From a bacterium (GTDB lineage Bacteria; Patescibacteriota; Minisyncoccia; Minisyncoccales; CG1-02-41-26): 42,125 nucleotides of DNA. The stretch covers positions 198,251 to 240,375 of the forward strand of contig JAUWWY010000001.1 in NCBI GenBank assembly GCA_030616605.1, given 5' to 3'. Position numbers and translations under genes: made by a program. Shown piece by piece: positions 1 to 9,220 of this stretch. Each line of letters starts with the position of its first letter. The stretch's first letter is position 1. The notes under the pieces are model-generated. The model was not told the DNA's origin and ran no database searches. It worked only from the letters and a program-made list of their open reading frames with translations.

Positions 1-1
1 A

Positions 2-1039
2 TCAGACCTTAAGTTGTATTATATTGGGCCCAAAAACAAATACGAGTTGGGACTTTTAGCTCAAGAGGGGGTAAAAGTCAAGAAAATATTAACCGGCAAA
101 CTAAGAAGATATTTTTCTTTAAAAAATTTCTTTGATATTTTTAAAGTTCCTCTTGGAACTCTCCAGGCTCTTTTCTGGCTTTTCTTTTTGGCTCCTAACT
201 TGATTTTCAGTAAAGGGGGATATGGTTCTATTCCAACTGCTTTTGCGGCTAAAATTTTGGCTATCCCGATATTTTTACACGAATCAGACGTGGTTCCTGG
301 CTTGGCTTCAAAAATCGAAAGTAAATGGGCTTTGGAAATCTTCATCTCTTTTCCAAAAACAGAGTTTTTCCCAAAAGATAAAAGAATCTGGGTCGGCAAC
401 CCCATAAGAAGAGAAATTTTAGACGGTTCAAAAGAAAAAGCAAAAGATACTTTTAATCTCCAAGGAGGAAAATCTTTGATTCTAATCTTAGGTGGCTCTC
501 AGGGTGCTCAAATAATAAACGAAACAATTCTTGAGATTTTACCTGAATTAACTGAAAATTTTGAAATAATTCATCAAACTGGAGAAAAAAACTTCAAACG
601 AGTGAAAGCTGAGGGGGAAGCTGTTCTTTTTAAAAAAGATTTAAAAAAATACTATCATCCTTCTCCATTTTTAGATGAATCTTCCCTAAGGGAAGCTTTG
701 GCGGTTTCTGATTTAATAATCTCCCGGGCAGGCTCTGGCTCCATTTTTGAGATAGCGGCTGTCCAAAAACCTGTTATTTTAATACCCTTAGAAAATGCTG
801 CTCAAGATCATCAATCAAAAAATGCTTATCAATTTAAAGAGAGGGGAGGAGGAGAAGTAATTGGACAAAAAAATTTAAGACCTCACTTTCTTTTGGAAAA
901 ATTAAAGCACCTTTTCTTCAGAACCGATATTTTGAAAGAAATGGCAAGAAATTCTGGAGATTTTGCTCGTCCTAAGGCAGCAAAAATAATCGCTTCCTAT
1001 ATTATTGAATATCTTACGGTAGTAATAACCAAAAGATAA
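2..1039 (+). CDS. murG: MurG (GT28 undecaprenyl-PP-MurNAc-pentapeptide GlcNAc transferase); the 5' end lies outside the window
   Basis: The frame is open to the window edge, so the TTG at 14 is not the real start. GT28 C-terminal signatures are present: LILGGSQGAQ, ISRAGSGSIFEIAAVQKPVILIPL, AQDHQSKNA. Confidence 0.85.
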   Translation, partial: SDLKLYYIGPKNKYELGLLAQEGVKVKKILTGKLRRYFSLKNFFDIFKVPLGTLQALFWLFFLAPNLIFSKGGYGSIPTAFAAKILAIPIFLHESDVVPGLASKIESKWALEIFISFPKTEFFPKDKRIWVGNPIRREILDGSKEKAKDTFNLQGGKSLILILGGSQGAQIINETILEILPELTENFEIIHQTGEKNFKRVKAEGEAVLFKKDLKKYYHPSPFLDESSLREALAVSDLIISRAGSGSIFEIAAVQKPVILIPLENAAQDHQSKNAYQFKERGGGEVIGQKNLRPHFLLEKLKHLFFRTDILKEMARNSGDFARPKAAKIIASYIIEYLTVVITKR

Positions 1040-1041
1040 TT

Positions 1042-2625
1042 ATGATTGAAGAATTAAAATTAATAAGGCCGGGAGAGATTCGAGTCAGAATTGCACCTTC
1101 ACCAACAGGTCCCTTTCATATTGGCCTTGCCCGAACTGCTCTTTTTAATTATCTTTTTGCCCAAAAATATCAGGGGAGCTTTATTCTAAGAATCGAAGAT
1201 ACAAATATTAAAAGGTCAAAAAAAAGATGGGAAAATGAAATTCTTGAAGGATTAAAATGGTTGGGAATTGAATGGCAGGAAGGACCAGATTGTGGTGGCT
1301 CCTATGGACCTTATCGGCAATCAGAAAGAAAAGAAATCTACAAAAAATATATTGAAAAACTGCTAAAAGAAGGGGAAATCTATTATTGTTTTTGTACTCC
1401 TGAGGAACTTGAAGCTCACCGTCAGTATTTAATGAGTATTAGCCAGCCTGTCCGTTATTCCGGAAAATGTAGAGAGCTTTCTGACCAAGAGGTTAAAAGG
1501 AATTTAGCAGGGGGGAAATCTTATGTCTTGAGATTCAAAACACTCTTAAAAAAAGTCAGCTTTAAAGACATGCTCCGGGGAAAAATAGATTGTCAAAGCG
1601 AAATTTTCGGAGATATAGTGGTTGCCAAAGATATTTCAACACCTCTTTATAATTTAGCTTGCGTCATTGACGACTACGAGATGAAAATAACTCATATTAT
1701 TCGAGGAGAAGACCATATTTCAAATACGCCAAAACAAATTTTGTTAGCCGAGGCTTTAAAAATAAAAACACCAAAATATCTTCATTTACCTTTAATTTTA
1801 GATCAAGATAGGGCTAAATTAAGTAAAAGAGATAGAATTAAATCAGTTTTGGAATATAAAAAAGATGGTTTTTTTCCAGAAACAATGATAAACTTCTTAG
1901 CTTTTTTAGGTTGGAATCCGGGAACACAAAAAGAAATCTTTTCACTCAATACCTTGGTTCAAGAATTCTCTCTGGATAAAATTCAAAAATCTGGAGCCGA
2001 ATTTAATCCCCAAAAATTAGACTGGTTAAACGGCTTTTATATCCGTTCTAAATCAATTGAAAAATTAACCGAATTTTGTCTTCCTTATTTAATTGAAAAA
2101 CAATTAATTATTCCTCAATTTAAAACCGAGCAGTATCCACCAGCCTATGGAGCTGAAATAATTATCCAGAAATTTAAGATTAAAGAAACCGGAGAAGAAA
2201 TTTCTCTCAATTATTTGCAAAAAGTTATTGCTTTATACCAAGAAAGATTAAAAAAACTTTCTGAAATTCCAGAATTAATTGATTTCTTTTTCCAAAAAGA
2301 ATTAGACTATTCAAAGGAGCTTTTAAGAGGAATGTCAGACGCCAGACAGCCTGAGATAGTAGAAAAAGAAATAAAAAATAATCTTGACAAAGCAAAAAAA
2401 ACATTACAAAAAATTAAACCAGGAAATTGGAAAAAAGAAAATCTTGAAAAAAGCCTCTTAAAATTAGCTGAAGAGGTTGGAAAAGGGGATAGGGGCAAGG
2501 TTTTGTGGCCCCTGAGAGTCGCTTTGACTGGTAGAGAAGCTTCGGCCGGTCCTTTTGAAATTGCTGAGCTTTTAGGAAAAGAAAAAACTTTAGAAAGGAT
2601 TAAAAAAGCAATTAAGAAATTATGA
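1042..2625 (+). CDS. gltX: Glutamyl-tRNA synthetase
   Basis: Class I HIGH region PSPTGPFHIGLARTA, KMSKS-type loop AKLSKR, and a Cys cluster CFC...GKC. It starts 3 nt after the murG stop. Confidence 0.95.
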   Translation: MIEELKLIRPGEIRVRIAPSPTGPFHIGLARTALFNYLFAQKYQGSFILRIEDTNIKRSKKRWENEILEGLKWLGIEWQEGPDCGGSYGPYRQSERKEIYKKYIEKLLKEGEIYYCFCTPEELEAHRQYLMSISQPVRYSGKCRELSDQEVKRNLAGGKSYVLRFKTLLKKVSFKDMLRGKIDCQSEIFGDIVVAKDISTPLYNLACVIDDYEMKITHIIRGEDHISNTPKQILLAEALKIKTPKYLHLPLILDQDRAKLSKRDRIKSVLEYKKDGFFPETMINFLAFLGWNPGTQKEIFSLNTLVQEFSLDKIQKSGAEFNPQKLDWLNGFYIRSKSIEKLTEFCLPYLIEKQLIIPQFKTEQYPPAYGAEIIIQKFKIKETGEEISLNYLQKVIALYQERLKKLSEIPELIDFFFQKELDYSKELLRGMSDARQPEIVEKEIKNNLDKAKKTLQKIKPGNWKKENLEKSLLKLAEEVGKGDRGKVLWPLRVALTGREASAGPFEIAELLGKEKTLERIKKAIKKL

Positions 2626-2969
2626 ACAAATATTTAATATTAATAATCATTTTTCTGATTTGCTTTGGAGCATATAGTTCTCTTATGGCTCAGGATCTTC
2701 CCCAATTAGAGGATTTTTCCCAATTAAAAGAGAAAACAATATTTAAGAAGATAATTGAAATTGCGGAAAATATTCAGCAAAAAGTAGCCAATTGGTGGAA
2801 AGAGAAAGCCCCTCCAAAGATTAAAGACTGGTTGGAAAAAGAAAAATCCCTGATTAAGGAGGAGTTTGAAAAAGAAATGGAAGAGATGAAAGATGATTTA
2901 AAAAATAATGTTTTGAAATTAGTTTCAAAATACTGGCAAAGCTTAAAGGAATTAATTGATTTTCCATAG
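2622..2969 (+). CDS. Hypothetical small secreted or membrane-anchored Lys/Glu-rich protein
   Basis: The ATG overlaps the gltX stop (ATGA). It has an N-terminal hydrophobic segment LILIIIFLICFGAYSSLMA followed by a charged helical region. I recognise no family. Confidence 0.5.
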   Translation: MNKYLILIIIFLICFGAYSSLMAQDLPQLEDFSQLKEKTIFKKIIEIAENIQQKVANWWKEKAPPKIKDWLEKEKSLIKEEFEKEMEEMKDDLKNNVLKLVSKYWQSLKELIDFP

Positions 2970-3015
2970 TAAAACAGCGGGGGAGCTTGACAAAGCCCCT
3001 TGATATAATAAAATG

Positions 3016-3047
3016 AAAGTGAGTATAATAACCCTTACACTCACTTT
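3016..3047. promoter_or_regulatory. 9-bp perfect inverted repeat (AAAGTGAGT / ACTCACTTT, 14-nt loop) ending 3 nt before the recombinase start codon and enclosing a TATAAT (3024-3029)
   Basis: I read the repeat arms directly: 3016-3024 and 3039-3047. The function (operator, recombinase binding site or weak terminator for the upstream gene) is unknown. Confidence 0.3.
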
Positions 3048-3050
3048 TAT

Positions 3051-4484
3051 ATGAATCGTTCTTCTAATAAAGCTTTAATTGCTTATATTCCCGAGTTTCT
3101 TGAATATTATAAATCAGAAAGACACTCTTCAATAAAAACCATAGAAAGCTATAAAAGACTTTTAAAACGTTTTGTGATTTGGCTTAAAAGAATTTCTCGC
3201 AAAAATTTATTACCAGAAGAGTTATCTGAAGAAATTATTAAGGAATATAAGAATCATTTATCTAAACAACCAATAAGCAAAATCACTCAAAATCTTTATT
3301 TAACAGGTATCCGGGCTTTACTTTTATATTTTATTGAAAAAGATATCATCTCTTTACATCCTAGTAAAGTAAAACTATTAAAATGCGGAAAATCTATTTC
3401 TAAAGAACCTCTAAGTTCTAATCAATTAGAGAAATTACTTCAAAGTCCGAAAACTTCTACTATTACAGGACTTAGAGATAGGGCTCTTTTAGAAACTTTA
3501 ATTTCTACTGGTTTAAAACTAGAAAAAATAGCAAGTCTTAATCAAGATGAAATAAAACTTAAACCGCACACTAAAACATTAGAATTAAAGATTTCTATAA
3601 ATAAAGGATATCCTTACTATATCACGGTTTATCCTTCAGAAGACGCGATAAATTGGTTAAAAAGATATCTCCAAATACGTACCGATAAATCAAGTGCGCT
3701 ATTCATACGCTATAAAGGGCCAAAGAATGCCCCCCTACGTTTAACTGGACGTTCTATAGAAAATATTGTTAAAAGATATCAAAAAAAAGCTAATTTACCT
3801 TCCTGGCTTACTCCTGAAACCTTACGAGATGCCTACGTTTTCAATCTTTTAAGACGAGAGGATGAAATTAAAATAATTCAAGAAACTCCAACCCATAAAA
3901 GTTTAAGAGTTAATGCTTACAAATTTTCTCCTTCTGAAAATCACTACTTTAAAGAAGATACAAAGATATCTCAATCTCTTCCTTGGCATACTGCTGAAAA
4001 TATTATCAATAAAGAAATCCTATGGCTTAAACAAAATCTCTTAATTTTACCTCAGAGTTATAAACAAAAACAATCATTAATTAATTGTGATGACTGTCTT
4101 TTAAGAAAAATTGCAATTTTAATAGTAGGTGGAAAATTGAAAGCTATAAAATTTAAAGCTAAAGAAGGTAAAGATTTATGGAATGACTTAATAAGAAAAC
4201 AAGAAAATTTACTAAAAATAAGTAAACATGGTGAAGAGTGGCACAGAAATATAATGAATGTAATTTCTATTTATTTTAAAGCAAAAAATTATAAAGTAAT
4301 CATAGAGCCAATTTTAAATTATGGCCGAGCAGATTTAGGAATTTATTCAAACCCTAAAGAAAATCTTTATGTCGAAGTGGGAACAGTCTCTCTATATAAA
4401 CTCTGGTATAACTTTTTGACAATGAAGAACGTTAGCTTCTTACTCGTTCCTTTCGAAGATTACGCAATAGAATTTAGAACTTAA
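3051..4484 (+). CDS. Tyrosine-recombinase-like protein with partly degenerate catalytic residues, fused to a ~150-aa C-terminal PD-(D/E)xK-like (restriction-endonuclease-fold) domain
   Basis: N-terminal SAM-like core-binding region (EFLEYYKSERHSSIKTIESYKRLLKRF). Catalytic box I Arg is in LRDRALLETLISTGLK. The box II equivalent is TPETLRDAY (Arg kept, flanking His residues replaced). HKSLRVNAY is the His...Tyr nucleophile region. The C-terminal segment HGEEWH...VIIEP...GRADLGIY...LYVEVGT resembles the E / D / ExK-type nuclease core. Confidence 0.7.
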   Translation: MNRSSNKALIAYIPEFLEYYKSERHSSIKTIESYKRLLKRFVIWLKRISRKNLLPEELSEEIIKEYKNHLSKQPISKITQNLYLTGIRALLLYFIEKDIISLHPSKVKLLKCGKSISKEPLSSNQLEKLLQSPKTSTITGLRDRALLETLISTGLKLEKIASLNQDEIKLKPHTKTLELKISINKGYPYYITVYPSEDAINWLKRYLQIRTDKSSALFIRYKGPKNAPLRLTGRSIENIVKRYQKKANLPSWLTPETLRDAYVFNLLRREDEIKIIQETPTHKSLRVNAYKFSPSENHYFKEDTKISQSLPWHTAENIINKEILWLKQNLLILPQSYKQKQSLINCDDCLLRKIAILIVGGKLKAIKFKAKEGKDLWNDLIRKQENLLKISKHGEEWHRNIMNVISIYFKAKNYKVIIEPILNYGRADLGIYSNPKENLYVEVGTVSLYKLWYNFLTMKNVSFLLVPFEDYAIEFRT

Positions 4485-4490
4485 AAATTT

Positions 4491-5447
4491 ATGGAAAATA
4501 AAAAGAAAAATATACAACTCCCCTGTTTAGATGATTTTCTTTTAAATTTGCAATCTAATAATTATTCCAAAGAAACAATTTATAATTATGAAAGAGATTT
4601 AAATGTTTTTGAAGAATTTTTGAAAGATTTAAATATAAACTTTGATAAAGTAGACAAGAAAACTATTCTAAATTATAAAGCTTACCTAACTTCTCAAGAC
4701 AGAAAAACTCCAAAATCAGAAACCGGATTAAAAAAACTAAGCAGTTTCTCCATAAACAGAATGTTATCTTCGCTTCGTTCGTATTTAAAATTTTTAATAG
4801 ATATGGATTATAAAAGTCCGATTTCTCCAGATACAGTGAAACTGGTAAAAACTGAAAGAAAAAATCCTCGAATTTCTGAATTTAAAGAAATAGTAAAGAT
4901 AATTGAATCTCCAATGCAATTTGAGAAAAATGAGAGGATTGCTTTAAGAAACCGGGCAATGTTTGAAATATTATTTTCTACCGGTGTAAGAATTTCTGAA
5001 CTTATAAATATTAAAAGTAGTGATATTGATAAAACCGGACGAATATTTATTATGGGCAAGGGTAAAAAAGAAAGATTTGCTTATTTAACGTCAAGAGCTA
5101 AAAAACATTTAAAAAATTATTTGGAAGTTCGCGAAGAAATAGATTCTCCTTATCTTTTTATCCCTTATCGCGGAAAGAATATTCATATTAAAAATAAAAA
5201 AATTTCTCCTAATTATTTACAAGAGAAAATTAAAAAATACCGGGAATTACTAGGAATTAACCTCCCTATTTCTTGTCATTCCATCCGCCATGCATTTGCA
5301 ACTTATTTAGCGGAAAGCGGCGCAAATCCAGCCGCAATTCAAATTCTTCTGGGCCATGAATCTTTAGATACAACTACTCGCTATGTCCACGCTTCTGACC
5401 GTTATGCTGAAAGAATTCATCGTAAATATCATCCATTAAAAGAATAA
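4491..5447 (+). CDS. Canonical XerC/XerD-family tyrosine recombinase
   Basis: RNRAMFEILFSTGVRISEL (Arg I), HSIRHAFATYL (H-x-x-R), LLGHESLDTTTRYVH (His and Tyr nucleophile). Confidence 0.9.
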   Translation: MENKKKNIQLPCLDDFLLNLQSNNYSKETIYNYERDLNVFEEFLKDLNINFDKVDKKTILNYKAYLTSQDRKTPKSETGLKKLSSFSINRMLSSLRSYLKFLIDMDYKSPISPDTVKLVKTERKNPRISEFKEIVKIIESPMQFEKNERIALRNRAMFEILFSTGVRISELINIKSSDIDKTGRIFIMGKGKKERFAYLTSRAKKHLKNYLEVREEIDSPYLFIPYRGKNIHIKNKKISPNYLQEKIKKYRELLGINLPISCHSIRHAFATYLAESGANPAAIQILLGHESLDTTTRYVHASDRYAERIHRKYHPLKE

Positions 5448-5585
5448 ACTCAATCACCTATCTCTACGTTCTCAATCTCTAAGGGAGTCTTTTGAAGGTA
5501 AGATTGAGTTAAGATACCAGCTCCAAAAGCAAATAAAGATAAAAGAAAAATTACCAAAAATAATAAGATATTGTCTGAATAGGAC

Positions 5586-5614
5586 TTGAAAAATCGTTTG
5601 AAATTTGATAAGAT
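5586..5614 (+). promoter_or_regulatory. Candidate sigma70-type promoter for rpmA
   Basis: TTGAAA (5586-5591), 17-nt spacer, then TGa-TAAGAT (extended -10, 5609-5614), about 19 nt upstream of the rpmA ATG. Confidence 0.45.
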
Positions 5615-5632
5615 ATTCATACTGTAAAAATT

Positions 5633-5911
5633 ATGGCAAAGACTAAATCAGTAGGTGCAACAAAACTGGGAAGAGATTCTCGGCCAAAATACTTAGGAAT
5701 TAAGATTTCCGACGGTCAATCGGTAAAATCGGGAATGATTATAATCCGTCAAAGAGGGGCAAAATTTTTAGCTGGAAAAAATGTTGGCTGCGGAAAAGAT
5801 TATACTCTCTTTGCTCTAAAACCCGGAATTGTCAGATTTAAAACAAAAAGAAAAAGAAAATTTGACGGTCTCCAAAGAATAACCAAAGTTATAAGTGTAG
5901 AAGCTTCTTAG
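5633..5911 (+). CDS. rpmA: 50S ribosomal protein L27
   Basis: [17 protein letters not shown]...[27 protein letters not shown] is a typical L27 sequence. Confidence 0.95.
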   Translation: MAKTKSVGATKLGRDSRPKYLGIKISDGQSVKSGMIIIRQRGAKFLAGKNVGCGKDYTLFALKPGIVRFKTKRKRKFDGLQRITKVISVEAS

Positions 5912-7500
5912 CGGCTCTTTAGAGCCGCTTTTAAAAACTCCTTAAACAAAGGATGAGGATTGAGGAATCTTGATTTAAACTCTGGATAAAATTGAGTAGC
6001 AACAAAAAAGGGATGTTTTTTTATTTCAACAATTTCAACCAAATCCCTTTTAGGATTAATCCCAGCCATTACTAAACCCTTTTCTTCTAAAACCTTACGA
6101 AATTTGTTGTTCATTTCATAACAATGGCGGTGACGCTCAGAAATAAGAGGAACAGCATAGGCTCTGCGGCTTATGGTTCCAGAAGCTAATTTACAAGAAT
6201 AAGCGCCCAATCTCATTGTTTTGCCTAGTATTACATCTATTACTGGCACTTGGCAATTCTTGGAAAATTCAGTAGAATTTGCCTTTTTGAGCTTACAAAC
6301 ATTTCTGGCAAATTCAACCACAGCCAGCTGCATTCCTAAACAAAGTCCCAAAAACGGGATTTTTTCTTTTCGACAAAATTCAATAGCTCTTATTTTCCCT
6401 TCCACTCCCCTATTCCCAGATCCTCCTGTCACAATTATTCCATCAAATTTTTTAAGTTCTTTAATCTTACGAGAAGGAATTTCATAATCTTTAGCATCAA
6501 GCCAAGTAATTTTAGGTTGAGCTTTGAAAAAATAACTAGCATGTTTTATTGCTTCAATCATTGAAAGATAACAATCAGTTAAAGCAGTGGATTCTGACTT
6601 AATATATTTTTCAACCACCGCAATTTTAACTTCCTTCTTATTATCCCTTACTACGTTTCTAAATATTTTTTTCCAATTCCTCAAATCACTTTTTCTGGCT
6701 CTCAAGCCAAATTTCTTTAAAATCTGGTTGCCTAAATTTTCCTTTTCGAAATTTAGCGGTATTTCGTAAATTGAATTAATATCAGGGGCAGAAATAACAT
6801 CTTTTTCTGAAACATTACAAAAAATAGAGATTTTCTTTTTTCTTGGTTCATCAAGGGGAATCTTTGATCTGGCAATTATTATATCCGGTTGAATTCCGGA
6901 GCTATTTAAGGTCCTTACTGCATACTGAGTAGGTTTTGTTTTCATCTCTCCTATTATATCAGGAACAGGTAAATAACTTACTAAAACAAAAACGACGTCT
7001 TTTGGATGACGAAGTTTTAACATTCTGGCTGCCTCTAAAAATAAAAGGTTTTGATACTCCCCTACTGTCCCGCCAATTTCAATTAAAATAAAATCGGTTT
7101 TGGTTTTTCTTTCAAGTTTTTTAATTCTCCGAATCACCTCCTCTGGAATATGGGGAACAACTTCAACGCATTTGCCGTCATATTCTAAATTTCTCTCTTT
7201 TTCAATTACTGTTTGATAAACCCTGCCGGTAGTCATATAATTATCACTCGTTAAATCTATATCTAAAAATCTTTCATAATTCCCCATATCTTGATCGCAT
7301 TGGTCACCATCTTTAGTTACAAAAACTTCTCCATGAACCGGAAGATCCATTGTTCCGGCATCAACATTGACATAGGGGTCAATTTTCATTGCTTGAACAT
7401 CAAACCCTTTACTCTTTAGAATTCTGCCAATTGAAGCATTTGTCACTCCCTTACCAATACCAGACATTACCCCACCAATAACAAAAATATAACGTGCCAT
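5908..7500 (-). CDS. pyrG: CTP synthase
   Basis: N-terminal [18 protein letters not shown] synthetase motif and a C-terminal class I glutamine amidotransferase domain with GLCLGMQ. Full length (530 aa). Confidence 0.97.
   Translation of the reverse strand: MARYIFVIGGVMSGIGKGVTNASIGRILKSKGFDVQAMKIDPYVNVDAGTMDLPVHGEVFVTKDGDQCDQDMGNYERFLDIDLTSDNYMTTGRVYQTVIEKERNLEYDGKCVEVVPHIPEEVIRRIKKLERKTKTDFILIEIGGTVGEYQNLLFLEAARMLKLRHPKDVVFVLVSYLPVPDIIGEMKTKPTQYAVRTLNSSGIQPDIIIARSKIPLDEPRKKKISIFCNVSEKDVISAPDINSIYEIPLNFEKENLGNQILKKFGLRARKSDLRNWKKIFRNVVRDNKKEVKIAVVEKYIKSESTALTDCYLSMIEAIKHASYFFKAQPKITWLDAKDYEIPSRKIKELKKFDGIIVTGGSGNRGVEGKIRAIEFCRKEKIPFLGLCLGMQLAVVEFARNVCKLKKANSTEFSKNCQVPVIDVILGKTMRLGAYSCKLASGTISRRAYAVPLISERHRHCYEMNNKFRKVLEEKGLVMAGINPKRDLVEIVEIKKHPFFVATQFYPEFKSRFLNPHPLFKEFLKAALKSR
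5910..5935 (+). terminator. Rho-independent terminator of rpmA, embedded in the last codons of the convergent pyrG
   Basis: Stem AGCGGCTC (5910-5917) / GAGCCGCT (5922-5929), loop TTTA, followed by TTTTAAAA. Confidence 0.6.
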
Positions 7501-7504
7501 ATAG

Positions 7505-7951
7505 TTACTTCTCTTCGGTTACTATTACCTTTATCTCGGCTTCTAAATTGTGGTTGAATTTAATTTTAATCGGAAACTCTCCCAATTCTTCAATTAGGTT
7601 TTCCAATCCAATCTGATCTTTTTTAATATCATAACCTATTTCTTTTAATTTTTTAGAAATTTTTTGGGCTGTGATTTTCTCAAAAAGCTGGTCCTTGTCC
7701 CCTACTTTGACCCCAATCTCAAGTTCAAGCCCGTCAATTTGAGATGCTAATTTTCCTGTTTCTTTCAGTTCTTCTTTTGACTTTTCATCTTCAACTTCTT
7801 GTGTTTTTTTTAGCCATTCTAAAACCTCCGGGGTTACTTTTTTAGCCAAATTCTGAGGAATCAAATAATTTCTGGCATAACCTGAAGCCACTTCTTTTAT
7901 TTCATATTTCTTACCCAAATTTTCAATGTCTTTTAAAAGGATTACTTTCAT
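7505..7951 (-). CDS. rplI: 50S ribosomal protein L9
   Basis: [36 protein letters not shown] is a typical L9 N-terminal domain. Confidence 0.9.
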   Translation of the reverse strand: MKVILLKDIENLGKKYEIKEVASGYARNYLIPQNLAKKVTPEVLEWLKKTQEVEDEKSKEELKETGKLASQIDGLELEIGVKVGDKDQLFEKITAQKISKKLKEIGYDIKKDQIGLENLIEELGEFPIKIKFNHNLEAEIKVIVTEEK

Positions 7952-7963
7952 GGTTTTATTTTC

Positions 7964-9178
7964 TCATAAATTTTTAATTATTTCCAGAGCTTTGTTTAAT
8001 TGGGGGTCTTTATCTTCTTCCCAATCCTCGATAGTTCTTTCAACTTCAATATCTGGAAATAATCCTTCCTCATCAATAGAATATTTATTAGGAGTCAACC
8101 ATTTAGCAATAGTAATTTTTAAAGACGAGTCATCAAGAAGATAAATCTGCTCCTGAACCGAACCCTTACCAAAAGATTTCTCACCAATTAATTTCACGCC
8201 TAAATTATCTCTTAAAGCTCCTGCTAAAATTTCAGCCCCGGAAGCCGAGCCTTCATTTATTAAAATTACTATCGGGTATTGAGAAAATTTACCGGGCCCC
8301 TTTGACTTATAAGGTTTCATTTCTTTATCAAGACCAAAATCCTGCCAAACAACCATTTCTCCTCTCTCTAAAAACCAGCCGGCAATTTCTTGAGCAACGT
8401 CTAAATAGCCACCGGGATTGTTTCTTAAATCCAAAATTATTTTTTCAACAGGAGAACCTAATATTTCAGAAGCTGCCTTTCTGAATTCCGAAGAAAGAAT
8501 CCTATTAAATTGATAAATTTTTATCAAGACAATATCTTCTGTGAGTAATTCCCATTTCAGGGTTGGAATCTTTATTACTTGCCTTTCTAAAGTGATGGGT
8601 TTAGCTACTTCCCAATCTTCTCTTCCTATCAAAAGAGTGACTTCTGTCCCCTCTGGACCTTTTATCAAGCTCACTGCCTCTTCTAAAGAAAGATTTTCAG
8701 TAGAAACATCATCTATCTTCAAAATTTTATCTCTCGGCCTCAAACCGGCCCTTTGGGCTGGAGTATTCTCTAAGGGACTGACAACCGTAATTCTACCGTC
8801 TCTTATAGCAACCTCCATTCCCACTCCTTCATACTTTCCCGAAAGCTCTTCTTCAAATTGCTCTGTTTTTGGAGGGTCAAAAAATATAGTGTAAGGGTCT
8901 TTTAAAGTTTCTGTCATCCCTCTTATTGCTCCATAAACCATTTCCTGATAATCAATTTTTTCTTTTTCTAAAAAATCCCTTTCCAGTTTTCTCCAGGCTT
9001 CCCAAAAAACAGAAAAATCTACTTTTTCCCCAATTTCTTCCGGGTCAGTATTGGTTATTTGAGAAGGAGGTGTTTGTAAAATGTTTTCTTGGCCGATAAA
9101 AACCCCTACCTTATAACTTAAAAAGGATACCACCAGAAGACAAATTATAAAAATAATTACTTTTGATTTGGTTTTCAT
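7964..9178 (-). CDS. S41 family C-terminal processing peptidase (Ctp/Prc-like) with a PDZ domain and an N-terminal membrane anchor
   Basis: LINEGSASGAEILAGALRD (Ser nucleophile region) and FGKGSVQ (Lys region). The PDZ-like segment is PAQRAGLRPRDKILKIDD. Confidence 0.9.
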   Translation of the reverse strand: MKTKSKVIIFIICLLVVSFLSYKVGVFIGQENILQTPPSQITNTDPEEIGEKVDFSVFWEAWRKLERDFLEKEKIDYQEMVYGAIRGMTETLKDPYTIFFDPPKTEQFEEELSGKYEGVGMEVAIRDGRITVVSPLENTPAQRAGLRPRDKILKIDDVSTENLSLEEAVSLIKGPEGTEVTLLIGREDWEVAKPITLERQVIKIPTLKWELLTEDIVLIKIYQFNRILSSEFRKAASEILGSPVEKIILDLRNNPGGYLDVAQEIAGWFLERGEMVVWQDFGLDKEMKPYKSKGPGKFSQYPIVILINEGSASGAEILAGALRDNLGVKLIGEKSFGKGSVQEQIYLLDDSSLKITIAKWLTPNKYSIDEEGLFPDIEVERTIEDWEEDKDPQLNKALEIIKNL

Positions 9179-9220
9179 ATAATATAGTAGTTCTTTTGTA
9201 ATTTTAAATAAATTAAGCTT

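Noticed and set aside
61-407. ORF-track entries 61-405 (-) and 222-407 (+) inside murG
   Set aside because: They are antisense or alternate-frame to a well-supported conserved gene, low-complexity, and have no motifs. They are typical shadow ORFs.
2307-2498. 63-aa - strand ORF inside gltX
   Set aside because: It is a shadow ORF opposite the conserved GluRS C-terminal region.
2987-3009. Perfect TTGACA followed by TATAAT upstream of the first recombinase
   Set aside because: The spacer is only 11 nt (2993-3003), which is incompatible with a sigma70 promoter using both hexamers. The second TATAAT (3024-3029) has no good -35.
4808-5059. 83-aa - strand ORF inside the Xer-like recombinase gene
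   Set aside because: It lies opposite the catalytic domain of a canonical recombinase and has no independent signals.
5447-5510. Possible invertible element or tRNA-like structure next to the recombinases (9-bp inverted repeat AACTCAATC/GATTGAGTT)
   Set aside because: The repeat arms are only 9 bp and enclose about 46 nt, far smaller than known invertible promoters, and the candidate rpmA promoter lies outside it. There is no T-loop or anticodon-arm consensus for a tRNA.
2970-5632. Integrated mobile element delimited by repeats around the two recombinase genes
   Set aside because: I could find no direct or inverted repeats shared between the left (2970-3050) and right (5448-5632) flanks, and there are no cargo genes. 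I treat these as chromosomal Xer-like genes unless whole-genome comparison says otherwise.
6221-6769. Two + strand ORFs (6221-6487, 6587-6769) inside pyrG
   Set aside because: They are shadow ORFs antisense to CTP synthase.
7926-8894. + strand ORFs (7926-8144, 8302-8484, 8541-8894) opposite the S41 peptidase and the start of L9
   Set aside because: They are shadow ORFs. The - strand product has clear family motifs along its full length.
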